Shown here: positions 47,815-58,466 of the stretch, piece by piece | How positions within the stretch are numbered: position 1 is the first letter of the stretch | Layout: each line of letters begins with the position of its first letter | Translations under genes and position numbers: made by a program | Notes under the pieces: model-generated | Seen by the model: only the letters and a program-made list of their open reading frames with translations | The model's database searches: none | What the model was told of the DNA's origin: nothing | NCBI GenBank assembly: GCA_030649345.1 | Contig: JAUSKK010000038.1 | Span: 15,192-79,191 of the forward strand | Source of the DNA: Candidatus Iainarchaeum sp. | GTDB lineage: Archaea; Iainarchaeota; Iainarchaeia; Iainarchaeales; 0-14-0-20-34-12 | Reading direction: 5' to 3' | Length of the DNA stretch: 64,000 nt

Positions 47815-48330
47815 GTGAATTTGCGGATAGTGTTAGCACTTTTTGTAGCTTTTATTGTTGCTGCCGGAATTTATCTTTATTCACCTAATTTTACTGGTTT
47901 GGTTGGATTAAGTGCTGTGAATTCAAGTGTTTCAATTCCAGAAGATCAGCCTTTAACAAATGCGCAAGTTCAAACTGTTGTGCAGCAATATCTTGCTGAA
48001 AATCCAATGCGTGCAAGTTATTTAAATTCTAAAGCACAAAGTAAATTGAATTCTGTTTTGCAAGAAAATCCTGGAATGACTAAAGAAGCTGTAACTGAAT
48101 TAATGAATACTTTTACTCGTTCACCGGAAGAAGAACAGCAAATGCTGCAAGAAATTGAACGCAATATGGCTGGAGTTGAAACTGTTGCAACCGGCGGGTA
48201 TGAAGAAAATTTTATTTTTGGCGGAAGAACTTTTACTGAAACTGAATTAAAGAATATGACTCCAGAACAACAACAAGCATTTATTGAAGAATATGGTTTG
48301 CCAAATGGTTCGGAGGCGTATTCGAAATGA
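47815..48330 (+). CDS. Small secreted or membrane-anchored protein; first gene of the giant-protein operon
   Basis: 171 aa with an N-terminal TM/signal (IVLALFVAFIVAAGIYLY). Overlaps the next gene by 4 nt. Confidence 0.45.
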   Translation: MNLRIVLALFVAFIVAAGIYLYSPNFTGLVGLSAVNSSVSIPEDQPLTNAQVQTVVQQYLAENPMRASYLNSKAQSKLNSVLQENPGMTKEAVTELMNTFTRSPEEEQQMLQEIERNMAGVETVATGGYEENFIFGGRTFTETELKNMTPEQQQAFIEEYGLPNGSEAYSK

Positions 48331-49775
48331 AATTGCCGGCATTATTTTTTGCAGCAATTTTTTTCTTAACAATTTTTTCAATAAATGTATTTGCTATTTG
48401 GCCTTGGGATGAATGTGCTAATCCATCGGGCGGAACATTTACTGCGCCAGGTTCTGCAACTCAAAATGTTCACTGGTTTTATGATTCAGATGATTGGGCA
48501 AGTGCCTATATTCCTTCTTCAGGGAATTATGTGTTTTATTTGAGCGGGCCTAGCGGGCAAGACTTTGATTTGCAGCTATATTATTCCTGTGGTGGATCTC
48601 CGTTTCGGAGTTCCGCAGGCAGTACGGCAACAGAATCTATTACTAACTACATATCTGGTGGTACAACTGTTCATATGCGTGTAATTGCATTTGGGAGCAG
48701 CAGCGGTAATTGGACTATGGGTGCCTATAAATCGTGTACTGCCAATACCAATTGGTGGTGTTCAAGCGGAGATGTGTATTGGTATGATTCTTGTGGAACC
48801 CGTGGATCTCTGAAACAAGATTGTACTGCCAGTCAAACTTGTTCTGTGGATGTTTGTGTGAATACTTGTACTTCTCATACTTCGTCTAGTTGTTCCAACG
48901 GTGATGTGTATTGGTATAATTCTTGCGGTACTCGAGAAGATTTAAGGCAAGATTGTTCGAGTTCTCAAATTTGTTCTGGCAATACTTGCCAAAATGTTGC
49001 CTGCTTTAATGATTCACAGTGTCCAAGTGATACTTTTGTTTCGAATACGCAAAGATGTTCTGCGTCCAGTGATGTAGAAGCTGTTTGGAGAAATTACTCG
49101 TGTGTCAATCCTGGAACAACTAGTTCGTCTTGTTCGTATGGTGAAGCCTATCAATTGTATGATAATTGCACATCTACTGAATATTGTAATTCCAGTACTA
49201 AAACTTGTCAATCATTTGCCTGTACTTCTAATTCAAGCTGCGGAACCAATGCATATACTGGAAGCACGTTTTGTTCCAATAATGATGTTTACAAAAATAA
49301 TGTAACCTATACTTGCAGTAATCCAAATACTTCGAGTTCTTCGTGTTCAAATTCAACCCAAGCAATTTTACAGCAAGACTGCGGTAATAATTCTACTACA
49401 ACTTCCAATCGCAGATGTTCTGGTTCAGAAATTTTAGTAGACCAAACTGCAACTTTGCGCGGCTGTTCAACTGGAGCCTGTTATTCTTCAACTGGTTCAA
49501 TTACTACTACAACAGAAACTGATTGCAGTAATTTGAATTATTATGGAAGCACTGAATATTATTGTTCCAGTGATAATACGCAGAAAAGAAGCCGGCAATT
49601 GTATACTGGATTTTATTGCAATTCCAGTACAATTAGTTGTGCTCAAGGCAGTTCCTCGTATGTAAATGACCAATTGCTTGAAACCTGTGTATATGGTTGT
49701 TCAAGTGGATCATGCATTACTGCCAGACCCAATTTAGTGATTAGCAGTTCAGATATAACAATTGAGAAAACCTAA
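48327..49775 (+). CDS. Secreted Cys-rich repeat protein
   Basis: 482 aa with a signal peptide. Repeated modules CSxGDVYWY[DN]SCGTRxxL[KR]QDCxxSQxCS, with at least two near-identical copies and several degenerate ones. Ends 10 nt before the giant gene. Confidence 0.55.
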   Translation: MKLPALFFAAIFFLTIFSINVFAIWPWDECANPSGGTFTAPGSATQNVHWFYDSDDWASAYIPSSGNYVFYLSGPSGQDFDLQLYYSCGGSPFRSSAGSTATESITNYISGGTTVHMRVIAFGSSSGNWTMGAYKSCTANTNWWCSSGDVYWYDSCGTRGSLKQDCTASQTCSVDVCVNTCTSHTSSSCSNGDVYWYNSCGTREDLRQDCSSSQICSGNTCQNVACFNDSQCPSDTFVSNTQRCSASSDVEAVWRNYSCVNPGTTSSSCSYGEAYQLYDNCTSTEYCNSSTKTCQSFACTSNSSCGTNAYTGSTFCSNNDVYKNNVTYTCSNPNTSSSSCSNSTQAILQQDCGNNSTTTSNRRCSGSEILVDQTATLRGCSTGACYSSTGSITTTTETDCSNLNYYGSTEYYCSSDNTQKRSRQLYTGFYCNSSTISCAQGSSSYVNDQLLETCVYGCSSGSCITARPNLVISSSDITIEKT

Positions 49776-49785
49776 GGTGTAAAAA

Positions 49786-52700
49786 ATGTTGAATGAAAAA
49801 GCTAGAACACAATTGACTTTGGCATTGCTTTTGTTAGTTGTAACTGGCGTTTCGTATTCTGTGTATGCTCCGCCGGGTGACAATGGAAATGCTCAGGATA
49901 ATTTAAAAGATACTGATTTAATTTTTTCAACTGAAGAATTAAGTTCTTTGGAATTAAAACAGCAAGCTTTGCCTTATTTGAATTCTTTACTGAACACTGC
50001 AATTGAAGACGATCGCGCAAAATTACTGGAAGCCAGAGATGCTGTTGAAGCTAGTTTGAATTCAAATTACTGGAAACGTTCCGGTGTTTTAGTTGTAGAC
50101 AATCAAGTTTTTGAATTAAGTCAAACTGCAGCCAATCGAATTAAGACTTTATATAATCGTGAAAGTTCTGATTTGAATTCTGAACAATTATTGCTGGCAA
50201 TATCGCGCATAGTTCAAGCAGATCAGCAAGCAGCTGAATATACTTTGTTTTCTTTGCAGGAAATTTTTCCTCAATTAACAGATGAAAATTTGATTGCAAC
50301 TATTCAGCCCATGCTTTCCAGTGCAGAAAATGCCTACGATCAAGCATTGCATCAGTTAAGTATTGGAAATTCGCCGAATGCAATTGTACACTTTCAAGAA
50401 TCTTGGGATAATAGTTATCGTGCTGTTTTGTTGACTGATGAATTTACTATTCCGGAAGTAATCATTACAGAACCTTTGGCTGGCTGGTATACTCGTTTGG
50501 CCAGTATTTTGGTTTCAGGTACTCTTTGGGATGTTCAATTGGAAACCATTCCAAGTGTTGTGGTTGCAGTGAATGATTTGAATTATGTTTTCCCGCAATC
50601 CAATGGATTGTTTTCTGGAATTATTTCTTTAACTGAAGGAAGCAATGCAATTGTAGTTTACGGAATTGACCAATATCAAAATATTGGAACTGCAGAAACT
50701 CAGGTAACTTTGGATACTATAGCTCCAGAAATTTTTGTAGCCGGTGTAGAAAATAATTCATTTAATCCAGTTTCTGTTACTCCGGTAATTGAGTTTTCAG
50801 ATTTGCATTTAAATGAAACCAGAATTGAATTAAACAATCAAATATTTATTTCAGGAACTGAAGTCTTAGAAGAAAAAGAATATTCTTTGGTTGTTTATGC
50901 TAATGATTTGGCTGGAAATGAACAAACTCAGACTGTAAACTTTGTAATTGATCGCACAGTTCCAGAAATTGCTTTAATCAATCCCTACAATGGTCAGTTT
51001 GTGCACAATACACTAAATGTTCAAGGTACTGTGAGCGATACTTATTTAGATTACTATATATGGAAGATTGACGGAGTTGAAGTTGCACGCAATCAATCAA
51101 ATTATTCTTGGAATACTCAAAATTTTGAAGACGGAGAGCATACAGTAACTTTATTTGCAATTGATAATGCAGGAAACTCCAGTGAAACAACTGCTGCTGT
51201 TACAGTCGATAATACTTTGCCTGTGATTGAAGTTTCCGGCGTTTCAGACAATGAATTTTATAACTCTAACATTACTCCAGTAATTTTAGTTACTGAATTG
51301 AATTTAGAAATTCAGTTGTTTACTTTGAATGATTTAGAATTTGTTTCAGGCACAGAAGTCAGTGCAGAAAATGAATACGATTTGAATGTAACTGTAATTG
51401 ATAAAGCAGGAAATCGTGCTGACCAAATAGTTTCATTTACGATTGACAAGACTGCTCCATTTGCTCAAATTGTAAATCCTTTGGAAAATTCCTTTGTGCA
51501 TGAAATTGTTTCAATTCAAACTTTTGCAAGTGATTTGTATTTGGATACTCAAACTTTATTTTTGGATGGAACAGAAGTTTCTTCGAACAATTCTTTTGAA
51601 TGGAATACTTTAGATTATTCTGACGGCGAACATAGTATTGATTGGGTTGTAATAGATCAAGCAGGGAATTCTACAACAAGCAGTGTTTTGGTTACTGTAG
51701 ACAATACACTTCCTGTTGTTTTGGTTTCAGGAATTCAAGAAAATGTTTTTTATAATTCAGATCGTGTTCCCTTGGTTGAAGTTCAAGATGTAAATCCAGA
51801 TCAATTGAATGTATTTTTGAATACTCAGCCTTTTGAATTAAGTAATTCCATTTCTTCAGATAACGAATATTCTTTTACTGCAATTGCTGTGGATCGTGCT
51901 GGAAATATTGGGCAGACTACTGTAAACTTTGTTTTGGATAAAACTGTTCCAGTAGTGGAAATTGTTTCTCCTGTAGAAAATTCTTTTTTGCGCCAAACTG
52001 TTGGAATCGAAGGACTTACAGAAGACAAGTATTTGAGTACAGTTGAATTATTGGTGGATGGAACTCTAGTTTCAAATAATTCTTTTTTTGAATGGAATAC
52101 TTTGAACTATTCAGAAGGCTTGCATTCCATTGAATTAATTGCTTTAGATTTAGCTGGCAATCAATCTAGTCAAACAATTCAAGTGACTGTAGATAATGTT
52201 TTGCCGGAATTGTTGGTTCAAAATTTAACTGAAAATGGTTTGTATTTGAATTCTGATTTTACTCCCAAATTTGAATTAACTGAAACTAACCCTAGTGTAA
52301 CCAGTTCTTTGTTGAATGATTTAGAATACAATTTGGAAACTGTAAGTGTAGATGGAGATTATGTTTTGGAAATTACTCACACAGACTTAGCTGGAAACTC
52401 CAATTCTTTGACTCGTACATTTGTAATGGATCAAACTTATCCAGTAACTTCAATTGATTCTCCAACTTCTGGTTCGTTTGTTCGCGGTATTGTTTTAGTT
52501 CAAGCTCAAGCCAGTGACTTGCATTTGAGCCTAACTCAACTATTGATTGACAATGTTTTGGTTTCTTCTGAAAATGAATTCGAATGGAATACTTTAAATT
52601 ACGCTGAGGGTGCTCATAAAGTTGAATGGATTGCTTTAGATTTAGCTGGAAATCAAACCAACAGTGTTTCGTATATTGTAGTAGATAATACTGTTCCAGT

Positions 52701-55700
52701 GATTGCTATTGTTGGAGTAACTGAAGGAACTTTTTATAATTCGAATCAAACTCCATTGGTTGTAGTTCATGAAACCAATCCTAAATTAACTCAAGCATTT
52801 TTGAATAACGAGCTCTTTGAATTAGATTCAACTATTGTTGAAGAAGGCGAATATACTTTAGAAGTTCAAACAGAAGACTTAGCTGGAAATACTGCTGTTC
52901 AATCTGTTTCGTTTGTAATTGACAAAACTGCGCCTGTAACTTCCATTGATTCTCCAAGTTCTGGTTCGTTTGTTTCAGGCAATGTTTCAATTACTGCCAG
53001 TGCCAGTGACTTGTATTCTTTAACTCATACTTTGTCTATAGATGGCCAAGTTTTGACTGAAAATAATTTTATGACTTGGAATACTTTGAATTATTCTGAT
53101 GGCTTTCATGCAATTGAATGGCATGTGCAAGATTTAGCAGGAAATGAAACCAATTTGACCTATGCTGTTACTGTTGACAACACAGTTCCAGTAATTGAAT
53201 TTTTGAATTTAGAAGAAGGAACTTATTACAATCAGTTTTTGGTTCCAGAAGTTAAAATTACTGAAACTAATTTAGATTCAGTGCAGTATTTCTTAAACAA
53301 TCAATCTTATATTCCTGGAACTGTAATTCAAGAAAATAAAGAATATGTTTTAGAAGTTCAAGCTTTGGATTTAGCCGGCAATCAATCGATTGAAAGTGTT
53401 TCATTTATTGTAGATACTTTAGCTCCAGTTGTGGAATTAAGTGTTCCGAGTGCCAGTAGTTTTGTTCGCGGGGTAGTGGAAATTTCGGGTTCAGTTTCTG
53501 ATTTGTATTTGGATTCAACCAATTTATTAATTGACAATTCTTGGGTTACTTCTGATTTACCATTTAACTGGAATACTTTAGATTATTCAGATGGAAATCA
53601 TGTAGTTACTTTTACTGGAACTGATTTGGCTGGAAACTCAACTACAGTTTCTGAAATCTTTACTGTAGATAATACTGTTCCAGTGTTTGTTTATGTTTTG
53701 CCGAATCAACCGTATACTCGCTGGGATGTATTGGTTGATTTTGTTTTAACTGAAATCAATAAAGGTGTTACTGAAGCTTTTTTGAATAATGAATCTTTTG
53801 ATTGGCGTTCAGTAATTTCAGCTGAAGGAGATTACAATTTAGTTTTACGTCATACAGATAAAGCTGGAAATATTGCAGAAGTTTTGCGTACATTTACAAT
53901 TGATAAAACCAAGCCTTGGGCTGAAATTTTAAGTCCAGAAAATAATTCGTTTGTTAAAGGAATTGTTCGCGTTTCTGCAGATGCGAATGACTTGCATGGT
54001 ATTGTGTACCGTTTGGATGTAGATCAACGTGTTTTAACTACTGGCAAATCCATTGACTGGAATACTTTTGTTGAAGGCGATGGCTTGCATGTTTTGAAAT
54101 GGTTTGTAATTGATGTCGCAGCCAATGATATTTTAGTTGAACATACTGTTACTGTAGACAATACTTTGCCTGAAATTCGTTTCACCAATATTCAAAACGG
54201 AATACACTACAATTCTTCAATTATTCCTGAAATTGAAATTGTGGAATTAAATTTGCAGAGCGTACATTATTTTTTGAACAATCAACCGTATGTTTTAGGT
54301 ACTCCAATTTCTCAAGATAATGACTATGTTTTGGAAATTCAGGTTACAGATAATGCTGGAAATTATGTTACGCGATTTATTAATTTTGTGATTGACACTA
54401 CTGCGCCTGAAACAGTGTTAACTGTTCCAAACACAAATGATTTTGTAAAAGGCATGGTTTCAGTTACTGGTGAAACTTCAGATTTGTATTTAGACACCAC
54501 TACTTTGTATATTGACAGTTTGCCAGTTGCGTATAGTTTTCCGTTTGAATGGAATACTGTAAATTATTCAGACGGAACACATACTGTAAGTTATACGGCT
54601 GTAGATTTGGCTGGCAATTCAACTACTGTAAGTACAACAGTTAATGTGGACAATACTTTGCCGGCTGTAACCTATGTTACTCCAATTGTAAATTCGTATG
54701 TTCGCCAAACAGTTGAAATTAATGCAACAATTGTTGAAACAAATTTGGAATTATTGGAATTATTAATTGACACTGAATTGATTAGTAATTCTTTGCCGTT
54801 TGAATTAAATACTTTAAATTATTCAGATGGAGAACATCAATTGTCTGTAACTTTAACAGACCAAGCTGGCAATTATTATAGAACGGATTGGACTGTATTT
54901 GTAGACAATACTGTTCCTGAATCGACTGTTTCTGAATTAATCGAGAATCCTACTTTGGTTGAACCTTTTTATTCTTTAACTGGAACTATTTTAGACTCAA
55001 GTAGTATTGAATATGTTCTAGTAAATGATCAAATGGTTTCTGTATTGGATGGAGATTTTTCATTTGATTTTAATGTAATCGAAGGTCGAAATACAATTAC
55101 TGTAACTGCAGTTGATTTAGCTGGCAATCAAGTTGTTTTCTTGAAAGAAAGATTGGTAGACAAAGATTTGTTGCCTGATTTTTATGAATTATCTGTCTTG
55201 CAGTCTGATCCGTTGAATTCAGATTCTGATTTTGGAACAACTGAAGCTGATGAATCAAATAACGAAATTTTGGATGATGCTGAAGATTTAGACCAAGATG
55301 GTTTGCCTACATTTGCAGAATATTTTTATGGCTCTAATCCATTTTCAGATAATTCGGACGCAGATTCTTTGGATGATTTCTTTGAGTTAACTATGTCAGG
55401 CACTGATCCAGGAATTGCTGACTCAGATGAAGATGGCGTCTTAGATTCTGATGAAGACTTTGATGGAGATAGTTTAACGAATGCACAAGAAGAACAACTG
55501 CATGCCAATCCATACTTATTGGATACTGATTCAGATGGCTTAGATGATTCTGTTGAATCTAGTTTAGGCACAAATCCAATTGAAGTGGATTCAGATCATG
55601 ATGGTTTATTGGATGAAAGTGAAATTTATTTGGAAAGCAATCCTTTGGTGTCAGATTCAGATAATGATGGTGTCTTAGATTCGTTGGAATATTATTCACA

Positions 55701-58464
55701 GACTTTTTCAGACTTGAATGGAATTTTGCAAGTTACTATTGAAGGTCAAGGAGACTTGCGATACACTACTCAAGTTGTAGAAACACCTGAACCACATGCA
55801 GCATTGTTGGAATTACCGGATATTGTTACAGGCTACTATGATATCTCTACGGATTCAAATTTTTTATCTGCTGTAGTGCGTTTGCATTATGCTGAAAGTG
55901 ACTTGAATGGTTTGTTGGAATCTGAAATTCGATTATTTTACTACGATGAAGACTTGAATATTCTTGTAGAAGAATCCGTGCAAGGAGTGAATGAATCTGA
56001 AAATTATGTTTGGGCTCAAACTACCCACTTTAGTTATCGTGCTGCTGGTTCCAGTAAAAATTGGAAAAGTCCAACCAGTTATCCTTGGAATCGCGATCCA
56101 ATTGTTTATTCTTCTGGAGAAACTTTGCGTTTGAAAGCCCGCGTTTATAATATTGGAATTGCTCCAGCTTCAAATGTTCCTGTGAGTTTTTATTCTGGAG
56201 ATCCAAGTTCTGGTGGTGTTTTACTTGGAACAGTTACTGTAAATAATATTCCTTCTGGTGGAAATGCTGAAGCAATTTTGACTTGGGTTGCCAGTTTGGA
56301 TGTAGATTTCTTGTATGTTGTAGTGGATGCAGGCAATGTTATTGCAGAAGAATCTGAAACCGATAATAAAGCATTCCGTCAGTTTATCACAGAATTTAAC
56401 GGCGATTCTGATGGTGATGGTTTAAGTGATTATGAAGAAATTAATGGAATGCGAACACAATTCAGTAATTTATTTATTAAGACAGATCCTTACGAAGAAG
56501 ATACTGATGGCGATGGCTTAACTGATAATGTTGAAATGAATTTGGGTGGAGGAACTAATGCAAATCAACAGTATCTTACTAAAAGTAATCCATCTAAATT
56601 GGATTCGGATAATGATGGTTTAACGGATTACGAAGAACTTGCTGGCCGGCAATTACGAATTACAAACAATCACTCAGATGCAGTTGCTTTATTGTCTGAT
56701 TTGGAATTTGGAAATAGTTTAAGTGATAATGTGGACACTGGCACAGTTTATTCTGATGCATACATGGTTGACACCGATGCAGATGGGTTAACAGATTATC
56801 GCGAATTTGAATGGGGTTCAAACCCCCGCTGGGTTGACTCAGATAGTGATGGACTAAAAGATGGTGTTGACGATGACCCTTCAATGTATGATGTTACTCC
56901 TCCAAGCGTGCAAATTGTTTCAGTTTATCAAGATGAATGGTTTGGATACAAAATTAAATATGTTGTGACTGCTACAGATTCATCTGGAATAATTGCTCAT
57001 TGGATAATTCATGATGGCATACAAGTTGATTTTGCAACTTATGCTAATCGAAAAAATCCTGTGACTATTTCAGGTACCTTGGATGTCAGCTGGTTAAGTG
57101 AAAGTTTTACTGGCACTGTGGCTAACGTAAAAGTGGAGGATTATTCCGGTAACCAATTGATTAAAGACTTGTATTCTCAAGATGGTGTTGTCACTTCAGC
57201 CGCTGTTGCTGCTGTGAAAGAAATTAATCGATTGTATTCTCAAGTGGATCCTTTTAGTGGGGGAATACAATCTGGAATTGCAATTAGTTTAATCCATCAA
57301 GGAGAAGATATTGTAGGCATAGTTAAAAATCCAGGCAGTATTTTGGATGGTATTCGTGGTTTAGGCACTGCAGTAGATGAGCAAGGTATTGGTGTGGTTT
57401 CTACTTTATATAATTCATTTAAGCAACGCATTGATGAATCGCATAATTCTTTGAATCCATTTAAATCCAGTGACTGGAGATATTCTTCTTATCAAGGTGG
57501 TTTTTACACTGGTTATGTGGGTGGCTTAATTATTACTTCCGTGGTAGGCGCTGGTGTTGTATCCAAAGGATTGAGTGTCATTAAAGCTGGAAGTTTAGTT
57601 TCTAAAATTTCAAAAATTAGCATTGTAAAGAGCGCGCTGAGTATTGTAAAACAAACTCCACGAATGAAACTGTTATTGGGCGCAGCCGGAACTGTAGCTG
57701 CTACCTATTGGTTGAAAGAACAGTTCCCTGATATTGATGCATTGCAAACTTTGTCCGATTACCAAATAGGTTTTGCCACCATGGCATTAACTGCTGAAGC
57801 AGGTCCTGCCTTGGGTCGCATTGCAGGAGTTACAGCAGCTCAACAAAAACGCTTAGTTGTATTTCTTTCCCGAAATTCTAAATTTACTGTAGAAAATCGT
57901 GTGGCTTTCTTAAAGCCAGCATCAATTGACAACGGCGTAGCTAAAATATTCAGTGACTTGTCTGATGACTTACAGGATAATATTTTTATAGCATCTCACG
58001 GACAAGGCATTCCTTCATTGGAACGTAGTGTAATTGTTTCTCGCACAAATCGATTGAAAAATGTCCCCGGAGTTGACGATGTTGTAAGGAATCTTAATAA
58101 ACGTAATTGGCATGGTCATTATTTTGAATTAGATGCCGCGGATACTTTGCGAACGCGGGGTCATAATTTAATTGAATTATCTAAAAAATACCCTTTTGGT
58201 GACGGTGAACTGGATGTGTATTTCCAGCACTTAAATGGAAAGAAAATTGTTGCTGAAATAAAATCTATTCCGGCTGATAAATGGCTTACAAATAAAGGAA
58301 ACTTAGATCCGCGTATTGATCGACAATTGGATAGATATGCGCGACTTGTACAAACTGGCGATGCTCAAGAAGCATGGGTTATTTCAGAAAACACTATTTC
58401 TCCTGCTGCCAGAACGCTTATTGAAAACAAAGGAATTATTATAAAATATATTGGAGAGATTTAA
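49786..58464 (+). CDS. Giant (2892 aa) secreted surface protein. Tandem Ig-like repeat units and Ca-binding DxDxDG (thrombospondin-type-3-like) repeats precede a C-terminal PD-(D/E)xK nuclease-like domain. Candidate polymorphic toxin / contact-dependent effector.
   Basis: N-terminal signal/TM. About nine ~163-aa repeats starting VTVDNT[LV]PV and containing WNTL[ND]YSDGxH. Two blocks of D-S-D-x-D-G-[LV]-x-D repeats. C-terminal ~190 aa carry HGHYFELDAAD…GDGELDVYFQ…GKKIVAEIKS (D…ExK). A hydrophobic stretch precedes the C-terminal domain. Confidence 0.7.
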   Translation: MLNEKARTQLTLALLLLVVTGVSYSVYAPPGDNGNAQDNLKDTDLIFSTEELSSLELKQQALPYLNSLLNTAIEDDRAKLLEARDAVEASLNSNYWKRSGVLVVDNQVFELSQTAANRIKTLYNRESSDLNSEQLLLAISRIVQADQQAAEYTLFSLQEIFPQLTDENLIATIQPMLSSAENAYDQALHQLSIGNSPNAIVHFQESWDNSYRAVLLTDEFTIPEVIITEPLAGWYTRLASILVSGTLWDVQLETIPSVVVAVNDLNYVFPQSNGLFSGIISLTEGSNAIVVYGIDQYQNIGTAETQVTLDTIAPEIFVAGVENNSFNPVSVTPVIEFSDLHLNETRIELNNQIFISGTEVLEEKEYSLVVYANDLAGNEQTQTVNFVIDRTVPEIALINPYNGQFVHNTLNVQGTVSDTYLDYYIWKIDGVEVARNQSNYSWNTQNFEDGEHTVTLFAIDNAGNSSETTAAVTVDNTLPVIEVSGVSDNEFYNSNITPVILVTELNLEIQLFTLNDLEFVSGTEVSAENEYDLNVTVIDKAGNRADQIVSFTIDKTAPFAQIVNPLENSFVHEIVSIQTFASDLYLDTQTLFLDGTEVSSNNSFEWNTLDYSDGEHSIDWVVIDQAGNSTTSSVLVTVDNTLPVVLVSGIQENVFYNSDRVPLVEVQDVNPDQLNVFLNTQPFELSNSISSDNEYSFTAIAVDRAGNIGQTTVNFVLDKTVPVVEIVSPVENSFLRQTVGIEGLTEDKYLSTVELLVDGTLVSNNSFFEWNTLNYSEGLHSIELIALDLAGNQSSQTIQVTVDNVLPELLVQNLTENGLYLNSDFTPKFELTETNPSVTSSLLNDLEYNLETVSVDGDYVLEITHTDLAGNSNSLTRTFVMDQTYPVTSIDSPTSGSFVRGIVLVQAQASDLHLSLTQLLIDNVLVSSENEFEWNTLNYAEGAHKVEWIALDLAGNQTNSVSYIVVDNTVPVIAIVGVTEGTFYNSNQTPLVVVHETNPKLTQAFLNNELFELDSTIVEEGEYTLEVQTEDLAGNTAVQSVSFVIDKTAPVTSIDSPSSGSFVSGNVSITASASDLYSLTHTLSIDGQVLTENNFMTWNTLNYSDGFHAIEWHVQDLAGNETNLTYAVTVDNTVPVIEFLNLEEGTYYNQFLVPEVKITETNLDSVQYFLNNQSYIPGTVIQENKEYVLEVQALDLAGNQSIESVSFIVDTLAPVVELSVPSASSFVRGVVEISGSVSDLYLDSTNLLIDNSWVTSDLPFNWNTLDYSDGNHVVTFTGTDLAGNSTTVSEIFTVDNTVPVFVYVLPNQPYTRWDVLVDFVLTEINKGVTEAFLNNESFDWRSVISAEGDYNLVLRHTDKAGNIAEVLRTFTIDKTKPWAEILSPENNSFVKGIVRVSADANDLHGIVYRLDVDQRVLTTGKSIDWNTFVEGDGLHVLKWFVIDVAANDILVEHTVTVDNTLPEIRFTNIQNGIHYNSSIIPEIEIVELNLQSVHYFLNNQPYVLGTPISQDNDYVLEIQVTDNAGNYVTRFINFVIDTTAPETVLTVPNTNDFVKGMVSVTGETSDLYLDTTTLYIDSLPVAYSFPFEWNTVNYSDGTHTVSYTAVDLAGNSTTVSTTVNVDNTLPAVTYVTPIVNSYVRQTVEINATIVETNLELLELLIDTELISNSLPFELNTLNYSDGEHQLSVTLTDQAGNYYRTDWTVFVDNTVPESTVSELIENPTLVEPFYSLTGTILDSSSIEYVLVNDQMVSVLDGDFSFDFNVIEGRNTITVTAVDLAGNQVVFLKERLVDKDLLPDFYELSVLQSDPLNSDSDFGTTEADESNNEILDDAEDLDQDGLPTFAEYFYGSNPFSDNSDADSLDDFFELTMSGTDPGIADSDEDGVLDSDEDFDGDSLTNAQEEQLHANPYLLDTDSDGLDDSVESSLGTNPIEVDSDHDGLLDESEIYLESNPLVSDSDNDGVLDSLEYYSQTFSDLNGILQVTIEGQGDLRYTTQVVETPEPHAALLELPDIVTGYYDISTDSNFLSAVVRLHYAESDLNGLLESEIRLFYYDEDLNILVEESVQGVNESENYVWAQTTHFSYRAAGSSKNWKSPTSYPWNRDPIVYSSGETLRLKARVYNIGIAPASNVPVSFYSGDPSSGGVLLGTVTVNNIPSGGNAEAILTWVASLDVDFLYVVVDAGNVIAEESETDNKAFRQFITEFNGDSDGDGLSDYEEINGMRTQFSNLFIKTDPYEEDTDGDGLTDNVEMNLGGGTNANQQYLTKSNPSKLDSDNDGLTDYEELAGRQLRITNNHSDAVALLSDLEFGNSLSDNVDTGTVYSDAYMVDTDADGLTDYREFEWGSNPRWVDSDSDGLKDGVDDDPSMYDVTPPSVQIVSVYQDEWFGYKIKYVVTATDSSGIIAHWIIHDGIQVDFATYANRKNPVTISGTLDVSWLSESFTGTVANVKVEDYSGNQLIKDLYSQDGVVTSAAVAAVKEINRLYSQVDPFSGGIQSGIAISLIHQGEDIVGIVKNPGSILDGIRGLGTAVDEQGIGVVSTLYNSFKQRIDESHNSLNPFKSSDWRYSSYQGGFYTGYVGGLIITSVVGAGVVSKGLSVIKAGSLVSKISKISIVKSALSIVKQTPRMKLLLGAAGTVAATYWLKEQFPDIDALQTLSDYQIGFATMALTAEAGPALGRIAGVTAAQQKRLVVFLSRNSKFTVENRVAFLKPASIDNGVAKIFSDLSDDLQDNIFIASHGQGIPSLERSVIVSRTNRLKNVPGVDDVVRNLNKRNWHGHYFELDAADTLRTRGHNLIELSKKYPFGDGELDVYFQHLNGKKIVAEIKSIPADKWLTNKGNLDPRIDRQLDRYARLVQTGDAQEAWVISENTISPAARTLIENKGIIIKYIGEI
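50700..54950 (+). repeat. Nucleotide-level tandem repeats (about 490-bp period, about 9 copies) encoding the Ig-like repeat units of the giant gene
   Basis: The periodic recurrence of gtagacaatac[tg]… / tggaatact… segments mirrors the protein repeats. Confidence 0.55.
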
Positions 58465-58466
58465 TT

